Position numbers and translations under genes: made by a program. Below the pieces are notes generated by a model. The model was not told the origin of the DNA. It made no database searches and saw only the letters and a list, made by a program, of their open reading frames with translations. Below, piece by piece: positions 23,001-33,292 of a stretch of 64,000 nt of DNA. This DNA comes from Planctomycetota bacterium (GTDB lineage: Bacteria > Planctomycetota > PLA2 > JAEUHO01), in the NCBI GenBank assembly GCA_030066775.1, contig JASJAY010000003.1, positions 53 through 64,052 on the forward strand, given 5' to 3'. How positions within the stretch are numbered: position 1 is the stretch's first letter; the number at the start of each line of letters is the position of its first letter.

Positions 23001-23868
23001 CGACGCCGTGGGCACGTTGCGCGCGACGCCGGCCTCCGGCGGCGAGAAGAGCTACATCGCCCAGTCCGTATCGCGTGTCTCCGCGGGCGAGAGCAACGTG
23101 ACGGTCACGCTCGAGGGGGGCGGCTACATCGAGGGTCGCGTGCTCGGGCCCGGCGGCGAGGGCGTTGGTCGCGTACGCGTACGCGCCGAGGTGCACAACG
23201 GGACGCGCTGGCAGCGCCGCCACTCGGCGCGCACGAGCAACGACGGCTCGTACAAGCTCGGCCCGGTGCCCCCCGGCGTCTACCGCCTGCGCGTCGAGGC
23301 CAAGGGCTCCTACTCCGCCTCCGAGCCCATCGAGGTGCGCGGCCCCGCCAGCGACATCGTGCTGGAGATGCCCCTCGGCCTGCCGATCAAGGGCCAACTG
23401 CTCGGCGACAACGTGAAGGGCTTCCACGCGACGTGGTATGCGCCGAAGCCCAACGGCGGCTGGACGAGCAAGGGGTCCGGCGTGAAGAACGACGGCTCCT
23501 TCTTCATCAACCAAGGCTCCGAGGAGGCGGGCATGCTCCTCGTGCGCAAGAACGGCGACAGCCGCTACGCGCTCCTCGAAGACGTGCGCCCGTCCGACGG
23601 CCCGTTCGAGATCGAGCTGATCCAAGGCGACAGCATCCGCGGGTTCGTCACCGGACTGCCCCAGAGCTGGCGGTGGGCCAACGTCTACGCGCGCAACGAT
23701 CGGGGCATCTCGATCTGGGGGCGCGTGAACCGCGACGGCACGTTCGTGATCCACGGCGTGCCGCCGGGCACGTACACGATCACCGGGCACATGCGTCCGG
23801 GTCGGATCGGAAGCAAGCAGTCCGTGGCGGCCGGCGCGACCGACGTCGAGCTCGCCTACAGCCGCTAG
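20074..23868 (+). CDS. Large carboxypeptidase-regulatory-like repeat protein, paralog of 14903..18724
   Basis: Same repeats; shared blocks [12 protein letters not shown] and RYA..EDVRP. Confidence 0.85.
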   Translation: MRAVAVGLVGGAILVLLLWWLGFGEPDPDEGFEVETATEAPEDTDEPDAATLEGRATGTENVTRTVELTGTAIVRAQVVDADAKPMAGVQVELRLQKRHDRFHWRPSTHAAEQFKPPVDLELIDSRLSQEDGWVEFRGLDVRGGYQLRALPEPPFFSAQATIYPGHTSVPPVLMLDKGVPLRVRVVDAEGKGLKAWVSGGIRKEPDHRGWNELTTWHLPRTPTTGDGRLGLPAVPETVLSFNVFVPGRGSRNGIELAPPFDEEILLPFEHAGGPVIRGRVSDSSGQPVANARLIANLNPKGAHDWQSRYTRVAQSGGDGTYRITGLPAGYLTGLSVHAEGYIYVQSAAPMMDVTDGQDVAIDVTLYRGGILEGTVRDPEGKPIPSARVVAALPNQHYWNNRGTTAVADESGHYRIEDVPLGKGHVGAYADGFYMPVPEGVKVQSWQMPPGALYEVKEEGQRLTRDVQLERGVRVEGQVVDESEAPVVGARVWASGNLQQRLYAFDQYATQRVTDAEGRFEYLGLAPGDVWRFGANTSEGHAKQVSVTLAAGKEQEPIKLVFQTKGAIRGKVDAGSRRLTRPIAVSIRRKQGGGSYSTSTRADGGFEQKNLAAGTYDVYASDGLGRRVGTAVTVEVVDGKVTDDVKIAVEPLAHVMGRVVDLDGEAVPGVQVKLYYKNARGGNQTNSTNTRADGRFAWRDLIDGDYEVRIAEEKTRYGVRPGEEEQKYVYVMPPKEFVEGTVVDPEGRPVAGGSVSIRRVRKPGNWNGSGAQIVNGRFRGEAPRGDGHIDVAVDNALDAFGRKLNTLPYLYEAWTPGSGPLQIKLEKGYKIAGQVRGPDGKPMPHVGIHIQQERRDGRKWYGYYYRNYHTNLRTGEDGRFEQLGLKEGRYEVYAQPGDKYMQPEPVSTEAGAENVVVRIEAGLTIQGRVVCPEGQPIVGANINYSWSIKDERGRNRNRNRSAKTDADGAFTVGGLPADAVGTLRATPASGGEKSYIAQSVSRVSAGESNVTVTLEGGGYIEGRVLGPGGEGVGRVRVRAEVHNGTRWQRRHSARTSNDGSYKLGPVPPGVYRLRVEAKGSYSASEPIEVRGPASDIVLEMPLGLPIKGQLLGDNVKGFHATWYAPKPNGGWTSKGSGVKNDGSFFINQGSEEAGMLLVRKNGDSRYALLEDVRPSDGPFEIELIQGDSIRGFVTGLPQSWRWANVYARNDRGISIWGRVNRDGTFVIHGVPPGTYTITGHMRPGRIGSKQSVAAGATDVELAYSR

Positions 23869-23882
23869 GAGCGCGCGCGCCC

Positions 23883-24371
23883 ATGTCCGCAGTCGACGAA
23901 CATCTCCAGGCCTTCGACCACGCGTGGGCCCACGACTTCGAGTCGATCCGGAGCGCGCTCGACGGCGTGACGGACGACGAGGCCTACTGGCAGGCCGACG
24001 CCTACGCGGACGAGGACGTCGAAGACGGCTGGCCCGCGCCGGGCACGATCGCCTGGCAGGTCGCGCACCTGGCGCACTGCAAGCGGCACTACGCCGAGTT
24101 CGTGCGTACGCGAGCCGCGGCCGAACCGCCGCCGGTGGAGCCACGGACCCCGCTGGCGACCTTCGCAGAGGAGCGGGCCGCGCTCGACGCCGCACACGCC
24201 GCGCAGCGCGCGGCCATCGCCGCCGTCGACGACGCGGACCTCACACGGGTTGCCTGCGGCCACGTTGCGCTCGGCGCCTTCCTCGCCATGGCCACCCGGC
24301 ACGACGCCTGGCACGCCGGTCAGATCGCCGTGGCCCGCCGGCTCTACCGGGTCGCGCACGCCGCGTCGTAG
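23883..24371 (+). CDS. DinB-family metalloprotein
   Basis: TIAWQVAHL and HDAWHAGQI motifs. Confidence 0.85.
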   Translation: MSAVDEHLQAFDHAWAHDFESIRSALDGVTDDEAYWQADAYADEDVEDGWPAPGTIAWQVAHLAHCKRHYAEFVRTRAAAEPPPVEPRTPLATFAEERAALDAAHAAQRAAIAAVDDADLTRVACGHVALGAFLAMATRHDAWHAGQIAVARRLYRVAHAAS

Positions 24372-24494
24372 ATCGCGACCCTTCGCAGCCGCCCGCGGGC
24401 CATTTCGTGCCTCCCGGGCGTGATCTTGGCCCCGCCGACGCCCCGGGCGCCCGGCGCGCGTCGTAGGGATGCAACCGTTGTCCCGGCGTTCACC

Positions 24495-25223
24495 ATGACC
24501 ACGCTCCTGCTCCTCGATCAAGCCGCCCGCCCCACGCCGTCCCCGACGTTCCAGGAGACGGATTGGCGGATCGAGCGCGTCGAGACCGTCGATGCGGCGC
24601 GGGAGCGCATGGCCGCGGGCGACGTCGACATGTTGCTCGTCGGCGTCGACAGCGGTCGCCATGACCAGGTCCTGATCGCGTCGCTGCGGAAGGCGTTTCC
24701 TACCCAGCTGATCGTGCTCATCGCCACGGAGAACGAGCGGCGGGGCATGTCGCTGACCTTCCAGCTGCCGCCCGACCGTGCGCGCGTTCCGCAGGTCGTC
24801 GGCTACCTCCGCGACTGTGCTGCCGAATTCGGCTTCAGCGGCGATGACGAAGCGTTCGAGCTGGCCGTGGCCATCGACGAAGCGCTCACGAATGCGCTGA
24901 TCCACGGAACGCTCGAGGTCGACGGCCGGCTGCGGGGCCTGGATCCGAGCGCGCACAACGCGCTCGTCGAGCGCCGCATCACAGAGGAACCGTATCGCTC
25001 GCGGCGCATTCATGTCGAGGCGAGCATCGAGCCCGACATGCTGCGCTTCGTCGTCCGCGATGAAGGGCCGGGGTTCGATGCCACGTCGATCGAAGACCCG
25101 ACCGACCCGGTGAACGCGCTCCGTCCTCACGGCCGTGGCGTCATGCTCATGCGCGCGTTCATGGACGAGGTCGAGTTCAACGAAACGGGGAACGAGATCA
25201 CGCTCGTCAAGCGCCGCGCCTGA
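24495..25223 (+). CDS. RsbW-like anti-sigma kinase (HATPase_c_2) with degenerate N-terminal receiver
   Basis: EALTNALIHG, VRDEGPGF, HGRGVMLMRAFMDEVEFN; start uncertain. Confidence 0.82.
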   Translation: MTTLLLLDQAARPTPSPTFQETDWRIERVETVDAARERMAAGDVDMLLVGVDSGRHDQVLIASLRKAFPTQLIVLIATENERRGMSLTFQLPPDRARVPQVVGYLRDCAAEFGFSGDDEAFELAVAIDEALTNALIHGTLEVDGRLRGLDPSAHNALVERRITEEPYRSRRIHVEASIEPDMLRFVVRDEGPGFDATSIEDPTDPVNALRPHGRGVMLMRAFMDEVEFNETGNEITLVKRRA

Positions 25224-25291
25224 GCGCCTTGGCCGCCTCCGCAGCTCTTCGCGGTCCGTGAGGCTCCCTCCTGCCGGTACGATCCACCGCC

Positions 25292-28249
25292 ATGCGTCGG
25301 GGAGGTCTCATCCTGCTGTTGCTCCTGCTGGCCGCGGGAGCGATCTGGTGGCTGCTCGAGGGCGGTCCGTTGGGCGCCCCGGACGTCGATCCGTACGCCG
25401 CCGACGAGGGCGACGTGGATTCGGAGCCCGGTCTCGAAGGCCGCGAGGCACCGGGACCACAGGGCGATCCCGCGCGGCCGGACGATCCCGGATCCGACGC
25501 CGACGACACGCCAGAGGCGACCGGCATCGTGCTCATCGGTCGCGTCGTCGACGAGCGCCGCCGGCCGGTTGCCGAGGCACGCGTCGAAGCGCGGTTCCCC
25601 GACCGGCCGACACGCGATGCGACGACGGACGCGGAGGGGCGCTTCGAACTGGCGGTCGGTGAGCGTCCCGGCGTCTTCGTCGTCGGGACGCTGCATGCGC
25701 GGACCGACGACGGTCGCGTGGCGGCGGGACCCGTGTCGTTGCAGGCGTCGAGCCCGGCGCGCCGCGACGTGCGTCCACTCGTGGTGGGTCCCGCGTACAG
25801 CTTCGACGTGCGCATCGAGCGGGCCGGCGCGCCCGTGGCAGGCGCGGCGGTCGTCGTGGCGCGTCCGATCTGGGCCCAGATGACCGCGCTCCAGGCGGGC
25901 ACCACGAACGACGCCGGCGTGTTCCGGGCCGAGGGCATCTCGCGCGGACCGGTGCGCGTGTTCGCAAGCGCGGAGGGGCACGGCCGCAACCACCTGGGGC
26001 TGTACCTGCCGCGATCCGAGACCGACCCTGTCGTGGTCGAGCTGCTCGAGGAGCGTCAGCTCACGGTGCGTGTCGTCGACGCGCAGACGAAGCGCCCGGT
26101 GGAGGGCGCGACGGTCCATGTGGGCGATCGCTACGCGTCGCGCTCGAACCTCGTCCTCTCGCTCCTGCCGAAGCTCGTGGCCGAGCCCACGGATGCCGCC
26201 GGCATGACGACGATCGGCACGCTGAACGCGCGGGACGAGTACAGCGTCAACGCGGAGGCGGAGGGCTACGCGCCGCCGGATCCGCGGCTGTCGCCCCCCA
26301 AGACGGTCGCGCCCGACGCGGTCGAGGTGACCTGCGAGGTAAAGGGCTTCCGGACCGTGTCGTTTCCCATCGCGGAAGGCGACGCGCGGGTGCCCCAAGA
26401 CGGCACGTCGCTGGAGCTTCAGCTCGTCGCGTGGATGAAGGCGACCTTCGCCGACGACGCCGCAGCGCGCATCGAAGCCGGGCGCCTGGTCGTCAGCGGG
26501 CTGCCGCCCACCTTCGCCACCGGCCGCGTGCGCACGCCGGAAGGGCTCGTCGCGCGGTTCAACGCGCTGATGGGCAAGGACGAGGGATCGCCCGTCACGT
26601 TCCGACAAGGGCTCGAGGCGCGCGTCCGCATCGTCGAGCGAGGGCGGGGGCCGCTCACCGGCGCGCGCGTCACGTGGACGGGCGGCGTCGCGTTCGGCGA
26701 GCCGCGGACCGAGGTCACCGACGCGCGCGGCGAGGCGACACTCCGCGGCATGGAGCCGGGGCGCATCACGGTCGTGCTGCTCTCGGGAAGCGATGCGTAT
26801 CGGGGCGTGTCCGCCGGCGCGATCGACCTGAACCCGGGCAACGCCGACGAGCTGCACGTGCTCGAAGTCGAACCCCCGCATCCGCTCACCCTCGAGGTCA
26901 CGATCGACGGCGAGCCGGGCCTGCCGCCCGCCTACGAGCTGCGCCTGGGCAATCGGTGGGTGGGTCCGGCGGAGCTCGTGGAGGACGCCGCGGCCGGTGT
27001 GCTGCAGATCGACACGCGGACGTCGGGCAGCGCCGCACCGCAGCCGATCGAGCTGCGGGCGCGCGGATTCACGAGCGGGACGGGCATGTTCCGCGGGGGC
27101 GGTTCCGAGACCGTGCGCCTCGCGCTGACCACGGCGGCCGAGCTGACCGTCCGCGTCACGCCGCCGGAGGACGGCGACGTGTCGATTGCGATCGAGCGCT
27201 TCGACGCGGACGCCGACCGCTGGGTCAACGCACGGGCGCGGCGGTCCGAGTCCGAAGCGGCGGGCGCCTTGGGCGGCCGCCAGGAGGCGTCGGCGCAGGT
27301 CTTCCTGATCGCCGAGTCGGGACGCTTCCGCGCACGTGACGCGTACTCCGACACGTACTCCGACCCCGTCGACGTTTCGCTCGGCTACGAGGCCGAGACG
27401 TCGATCGACCTCTCGCAGGTCGTCTGGATCCGCGTGCAGGTCGAGGTGCCGGAGGGCACCGCCGTTCACCGCGCGCGCGTGTTCCGCACCGACGTGGAGC
27501 CAGATCATCGCTTCGGCGTCAAGTTCGGCGTCCCGGTGGACGGCCGCGGCCGTGCACGGATGCGGGCGCGTCGCGGCGAACGCGCAGCGCTCTCGGTACG
27601 CCATCCGGTCCTCGCGGCCGCGATCGAGGGGGGCCGCGTCGACGTGACGGCCGGTGCGCCGAAGCCTGCGGTGTTGAAGCTCGAGCAGGGCAACCTGCTC
27701 ACGTTCCGCATCCTCGGGCGCGACGGGAAGGCGCCGCCGCGCGGGCGCGCCACCAACGTGCTGCTCGCGCCGAGCGGCGACTTCGGCGCCGCGGACGTGA
27801 TCCGCGCGATCACCGTGGTCGAGGACGGGCAGCACACGCTCGGCGGCTTCCCGGCCGGCACATACCACCTCTGGATCGACGCGTTCCGCGACGCGCCGAT
27901 CGTCCTCGGCGCGCGCGCCTTGGGCGCCGGCACGACGGATCTCGGCGCGCTCACGCCGCCCGCCGGCGCTTCGCTGCGCGTCAAGCTCCTGGCCGACGCC
28001 GGGGCCACGACACCGAACCTCTGGGTGGTCGCGCGGCGCCAAGGGGCGCCGACGTTCAGCCGTGCAGGCAATCGCCCCAAGGGCAGCGCAGAGGACGTGC
28101 GCATCACCGGCCTCGCCGCCGGCACGTACGAGGTGTCCATTCGCTACCTCGGCGCAGCGGGCGCCAGCCCGCCGGCACCGCAGCGCGTGGAGGTCGGCGA
28201 GCAGGGCCAGGTCGACGTGACCTTCGACCTCGGCAAGCGCGGGGGCTGA
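25292..28249 (+). CDS. Third carboxypeptidase-regulatory-like repeat protein
   Basis: N-terminal TM; GRVVDE..RPV, TTDAEGRF, GLAAGTYEV repeats. Confidence 0.8.
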   Translation: MRRGGLILLLLLLAAGAIWWLLEGGPLGAPDVDPYAADEGDVDSEPGLEGREAPGPQGDPARPDDPGSDADDTPEATGIVLIGRVVDERRRPVAEARVEARFPDRPTRDATTDAEGRFELAVGERPGVFVVGTLHARTDDGRVAAGPVSLQASSPARRDVRPLVVGPAYSFDVRIERAGAPVAGAAVVVARPIWAQMTALQAGTTNDAGVFRAEGISRGPVRVFASAEGHGRNHLGLYLPRSETDPVVVELLEERQLTVRVVDAQTKRPVEGATVHVGDRYASRSNLVLSLLPKLVAEPTDAAGMTTIGTLNARDEYSVNAEAEGYAPPDPRLSPPKTVAPDAVEVTCEVKGFRTVSFPIAEGDARVPQDGTSLELQLVAWMKATFADDAAARIEAGRLVVSGLPPTFATGRVRTPEGLVARFNALMGKDEGSPVTFRQGLEARVRIVERGRGPLTGARVTWTGGVAFGEPRTEVTDARGEATLRGMEPGRITVVLLSGSDAYRGVSAGAIDLNPGNADELHVLEVEPPHPLTLEVTIDGEPGLPPAYELRLGNRWVGPAELVEDAAAGVLQIDTRTSGSAAPQPIELRARGFTSGTGMFRGGGSETVRLALTTAAELTVRVTPPEDGDVSIAIERFDADADRWVNARARRSESEAAGALGGRQEASAQVFLIAESGRFRARDAYSDTYSDPVDVSLGYEAETSIDLSQVVWIRVQVEVPEGTAVHRARVFRTDVEPDHRFGVKFGVPVDGRGRARMRARRGERAALSVRHPVLAAAIEGGRVDVTAGAPKPAVLKLEQGNLLTFRILGRDGKAPPRGRATNVLLAPSGDFGAADVIRAITVVEDGQHTLGGFPAGTYHLWIDAFRDAPIVLGARALGAGTTDLGALTPPAGASLRVKLLADAGATTPNLWVVARRQGAPTFSRAGNRPKGSAEDVRITGLAAGTYEVSIRYLGAAGASPPAPQRVEVGEQGQVDVTFDLGKRGG

Positions 28250-29176
28250 TCAGTCCGACAAGAGTCGCACGTTGTCGAGGTGAAACTTGCGCGGTGCGTC
28301 CAAGCCGTTGACGAACCAGATCAGCGTGTACATGCGGCTCAGGTTCAGGCGGCGCTTGGCGGGCGCGGCCTGCACGTCGGCGAGCCGCACACGCACCGTG
28401 TGGCGGCCGGGCGCGTAGGACTCGATCAATCGGAAGCGATCGTTGTAGTCGTAGTGCTTGCGGTCGTGGTGCTGGTCCTCCGCCTCGAAGATGAGGCGCA
28501 GGGGCGCGTCGCCGAGCACGACCAGATCGAAGGCGAGCGCGTCGTAGTCGCTCCAGTCCTCGGGGAAGCTGCCGAGCGTCACGCCCGGATAGGTCCCTGC
28601 GGCCAGCCGCACCTCGAGCGATGCGTTGCCGTGCGTGGCGTGGTCCGGCGAACACGCGTACGTCGATTCGCGGGAGCCCACGCGCGTCAGCTCGAGCCGG
28701 TCCTCGAACGAGGCGAGCAGCGGGAAGCTGCGAGCCTGTCGCACCGCGTCGACCGTCGTGATCGCCGGGTTGAAGAGACCGACGGCGAGCAGCAGCCCGG
28801 TTGCGGTCCAGATCACGCGCCGCGGCCCGGCCCGTTCCGCCACCCGCGCGCGATGCGCCAGGAACCACGCCCCGGTGCCGACGGCGTTCGTCGCCGCATC
28901 CATCCAGGACGGCTCGCGGCCCACGAAGCCCTGCAGCCACTCCATTCCGATGCCGGCGACCGTGGCGCCGGCCAGCGCGAGCCCGTCGCGCAGCCACGAC
29001 GAGCGCATCCCCAGGAGCCCGAGGAACCGGGCGGCGAGGAAGCCGAGCGCGGCACCGATCGCGAGATGGCCGGCGTCGAAGCCCGCCTTCCACACGCGCC
29101 CGCGCAGGGGGATCGGCACGATCAGGAGGAGCAGGACCAGCAAGACGACGAGCGTGGTGGTCCGGGGCTTGTTCAT
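28250..29176 (-). CDS. VanZ-like membrane domain fused to a beta-sandwich (CBM-like) domain
   Basis: ATG 29176; DAGH, EWLQGFVGREPSWMDAATN; C-terminal DWSDYDALAFD...LDNVRL. Confidence 0.72.
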   Translation of the reverse strand: MNKPRTTTLVVLLVLLLLIVPIPLRGRVWKAGFDAGHLAIGAALGFLAARFLGLLGMRSSWLRDGLALAGATVAGIGMEWLQGFVGREPSWMDAATNAVGTGAWFLAHRARVAERAGPRRVIWTATGLLLAVGLFNPAITTVDAVRQARSFPLLASFEDRLELTRVGSRESTYACSPDHATHGNASLEVRLAAGTYPGVTLGSFPEDWSDYDALAFDLVVLGDAPLRLIFEAEDQHHDRKHYDYNDRFRLIESYAPGRHTVRVRLADVQAAPAKRRLNLSRMYTLIWFVNGLDAPRKFHLDNVRLLSD

Positions 29177-29320
29177 CCGCGCGGAGCATAGCCGCGGTCG
29201 CCTGCATTCCGCGCGCGGGGCGGACGATCGGGACGGACGCTGGAAAGCGCGGGGGCGCGATCGGTAGGATGCGCCCGACGATCGGGCGTGGGGGGTGCGC
29301 GGCGTCGAGGGAGGCAGGGC

Positions 29321-30622
29321 ATGAGGCAGCGGTGGATCTCCGCAATTTGCGTGATGGCACTCGTAGCGGGCTCGATCTGGATCGCGCCGGAGGCCGAGGC
29401 CGGTGGCGTGGGGCTCTTGGAAACCGGCGGCAAGCGCATGGGCAGCGCGTACGCGGGCGGGGCCGCTTCCGCTGACGACGCCACCACCATCTGGTGGAAC
29501 CCCGCCGGCATGGCGCGGCTGCGACGCCACAGCGCCGCGGTGGCAGCGGTCTACATCGCGCCCACCTTCGAGTACACGGACCAGGGCTCGCTCGACGTGG
29601 CTTCGATGCCGATCATCGGCGTCAACGCCGATGGCGCCGAGGATGCCGTGGTCCCGAGCGCCTTCGTCGCCTGGCGGCTGAACCGCAAGTGGAACGTGGG
29701 CCTGAGCGTGAACGTGCCGTTCGGCCTCAGCACGTCGTACCCCGACAACTTCTACGGCCGCTACTACGCGACCGACTCGGAGCTGTTCACGCTGAACATC
29801 AACCCCGCGGTTGCGTACCGCATCAACAACCGGCTCTCCATCGGCGCAGGCTTCAACGCGATGTACGCCGACGCCACCCTGGAGAACCAGGTCGACTTCG
29901 GTGCTTCGGCGATGATGCCCCAGGCGCTGGACGGCAGCGCGAAGATCGAAGGCGACGGTTGGGGCTTCGGCTTCAACGTCGGCCTGCTCTACGAGGTCAA
30001 CTGCTGCACCCGCTTCGGCATCCACTACCGCTCGCGCGTCACGCAGGAGATCGAGGGCGACGGGTCGTTCGTCGTGCCGGGGCCGGTCCAGCCGGGTCTG
30101 CCCCCGGGCCTCTTCACGAACTCGGCCGCCGAGACCGAGATCGACTTCCCCGACTCCCTCTCGGTGAGCGCATACCACCGGGTCAACAACCGCTGGGCCG
30201 TGATGGGGGACGTGACCTGGACGAACTGGGAGACCTTCGACGAGCTGGTCGTGGACTTCGCGAACCCGGTCCAGCCGAACACCGTCCTCGAGTTCGACTG
30301 GAAGGACACGTTCCGTGTCGGCGTGGGCGTGGCCTTCACGCCGAACAGCTGCTGGGAGTTCCGCGCCGGCGTGCTCTTCGACGAAGGCCCGGCCTCGACC
30401 AGCAACAGGACGCCGCGCGTCCCGGACGCGGATCGGCTCTGGGTGACGGCCGGTGTCGGCTATCGCATCAACAACCGCCTCCGGGTCGACCTCAGCTACG
30501 CGCACATCTTCGGGAGCGAGGTCGACGTGCGGCAGACGAGCCCCACGGCGGGCACGCTGCGCGGCACCTACGAGGACTCCGACGCGAACCTCTTCGGCCT
30601 GCAGGTGACCGTCGACTTCTGA
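29321..30622 (+). CDS. fadL: OmpP1/FadL-family outer-membrane transporter
   Basis: Signal peptide; GSAYAG..A..DDATTIWWNPAGM; VPFGL; PDADR; terminal Phe. Confidence 0.92.
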   Translation: MRQRWISAICVMALVAGSIWIAPEAEAGGVGLLETGGKRMGSAYAGGAASADDATTIWWNPAGMARLRRHSAAVAAVYIAPTFEYTDQGSLDVASMPIIGVNADGAEDAVVPSAFVAWRLNRKWNVGLSVNVPFGLSTSYPDNFYGRYYATDSELFTLNINPAVAYRINNRLSIGAGFNAMYADATLENQVDFGASAMMPQALDGSAKIEGDGWGFGFNVGLLYEVNCCTRFGIHYRSRVTQEIEGDGSFVVPGPVQPGLPPGLFTNSAAETEIDFPDSLSVSAYHRVNNRWAVMGDVTWTNWETFDELVVDFANPVQPNTVLEFDWKDTFRVGVGVAFTPNSCWEFRAGVLFDEGPASTSNRTPRVPDADRLWVTAGVGYRINNRLRVDLSYAHIFGSEVDVRQTSPTAGTLRGTYEDSDANLFGLQVTVDF

Positions 30623-30672
30623 TCCCGATTCCGCGCCTCCGGCGACCTGAAGCGTCTCGGAACGAGACGATC

Positions 30673-30724
30673 TGAAGGCCCTGTGAAGGCCCTCCGCGGG
30701 GCCATGGGGGGGACCTCCCCATGG
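30673..30724. promoter_or_regulatory. Tandem TGAAGGCCCT repeats (11-bp period) plus CCATGGGG/CCCCATGG inverted repeat upstream of the kinase
   Basis: Repeats at 30673-30682 and 30684-30693; palindrome 30702-30724. Confidence 0.4.
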
Positions 30725-30791
30725 GCCGATGGGAGTCCGGAGCACCCTGTCGCAACGACACGGGCGGCGGTCGCCGTCCGCGAGGGGGTGC

Positions 30792-33194
<2,403 letters not shown>

Positions 33195-33292
33195 GCCGCG
33201 GGCGACCGCCACGCCGGGGCGAATCGCTTTCGGCGCCGGGCCCTCCGATCGGCCTTGCGGCCGATCCGACACCGGGCTCCAATGCACCTGTC

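Noticed and set aside
14789..28042. Long antisense ORFs (e.g. 14789..18775, 19813..24195, 25127..28042)
   Set aside because: Shadow frames of GC-rich genes; Arg/Ala/Gly-rich with no motifs.
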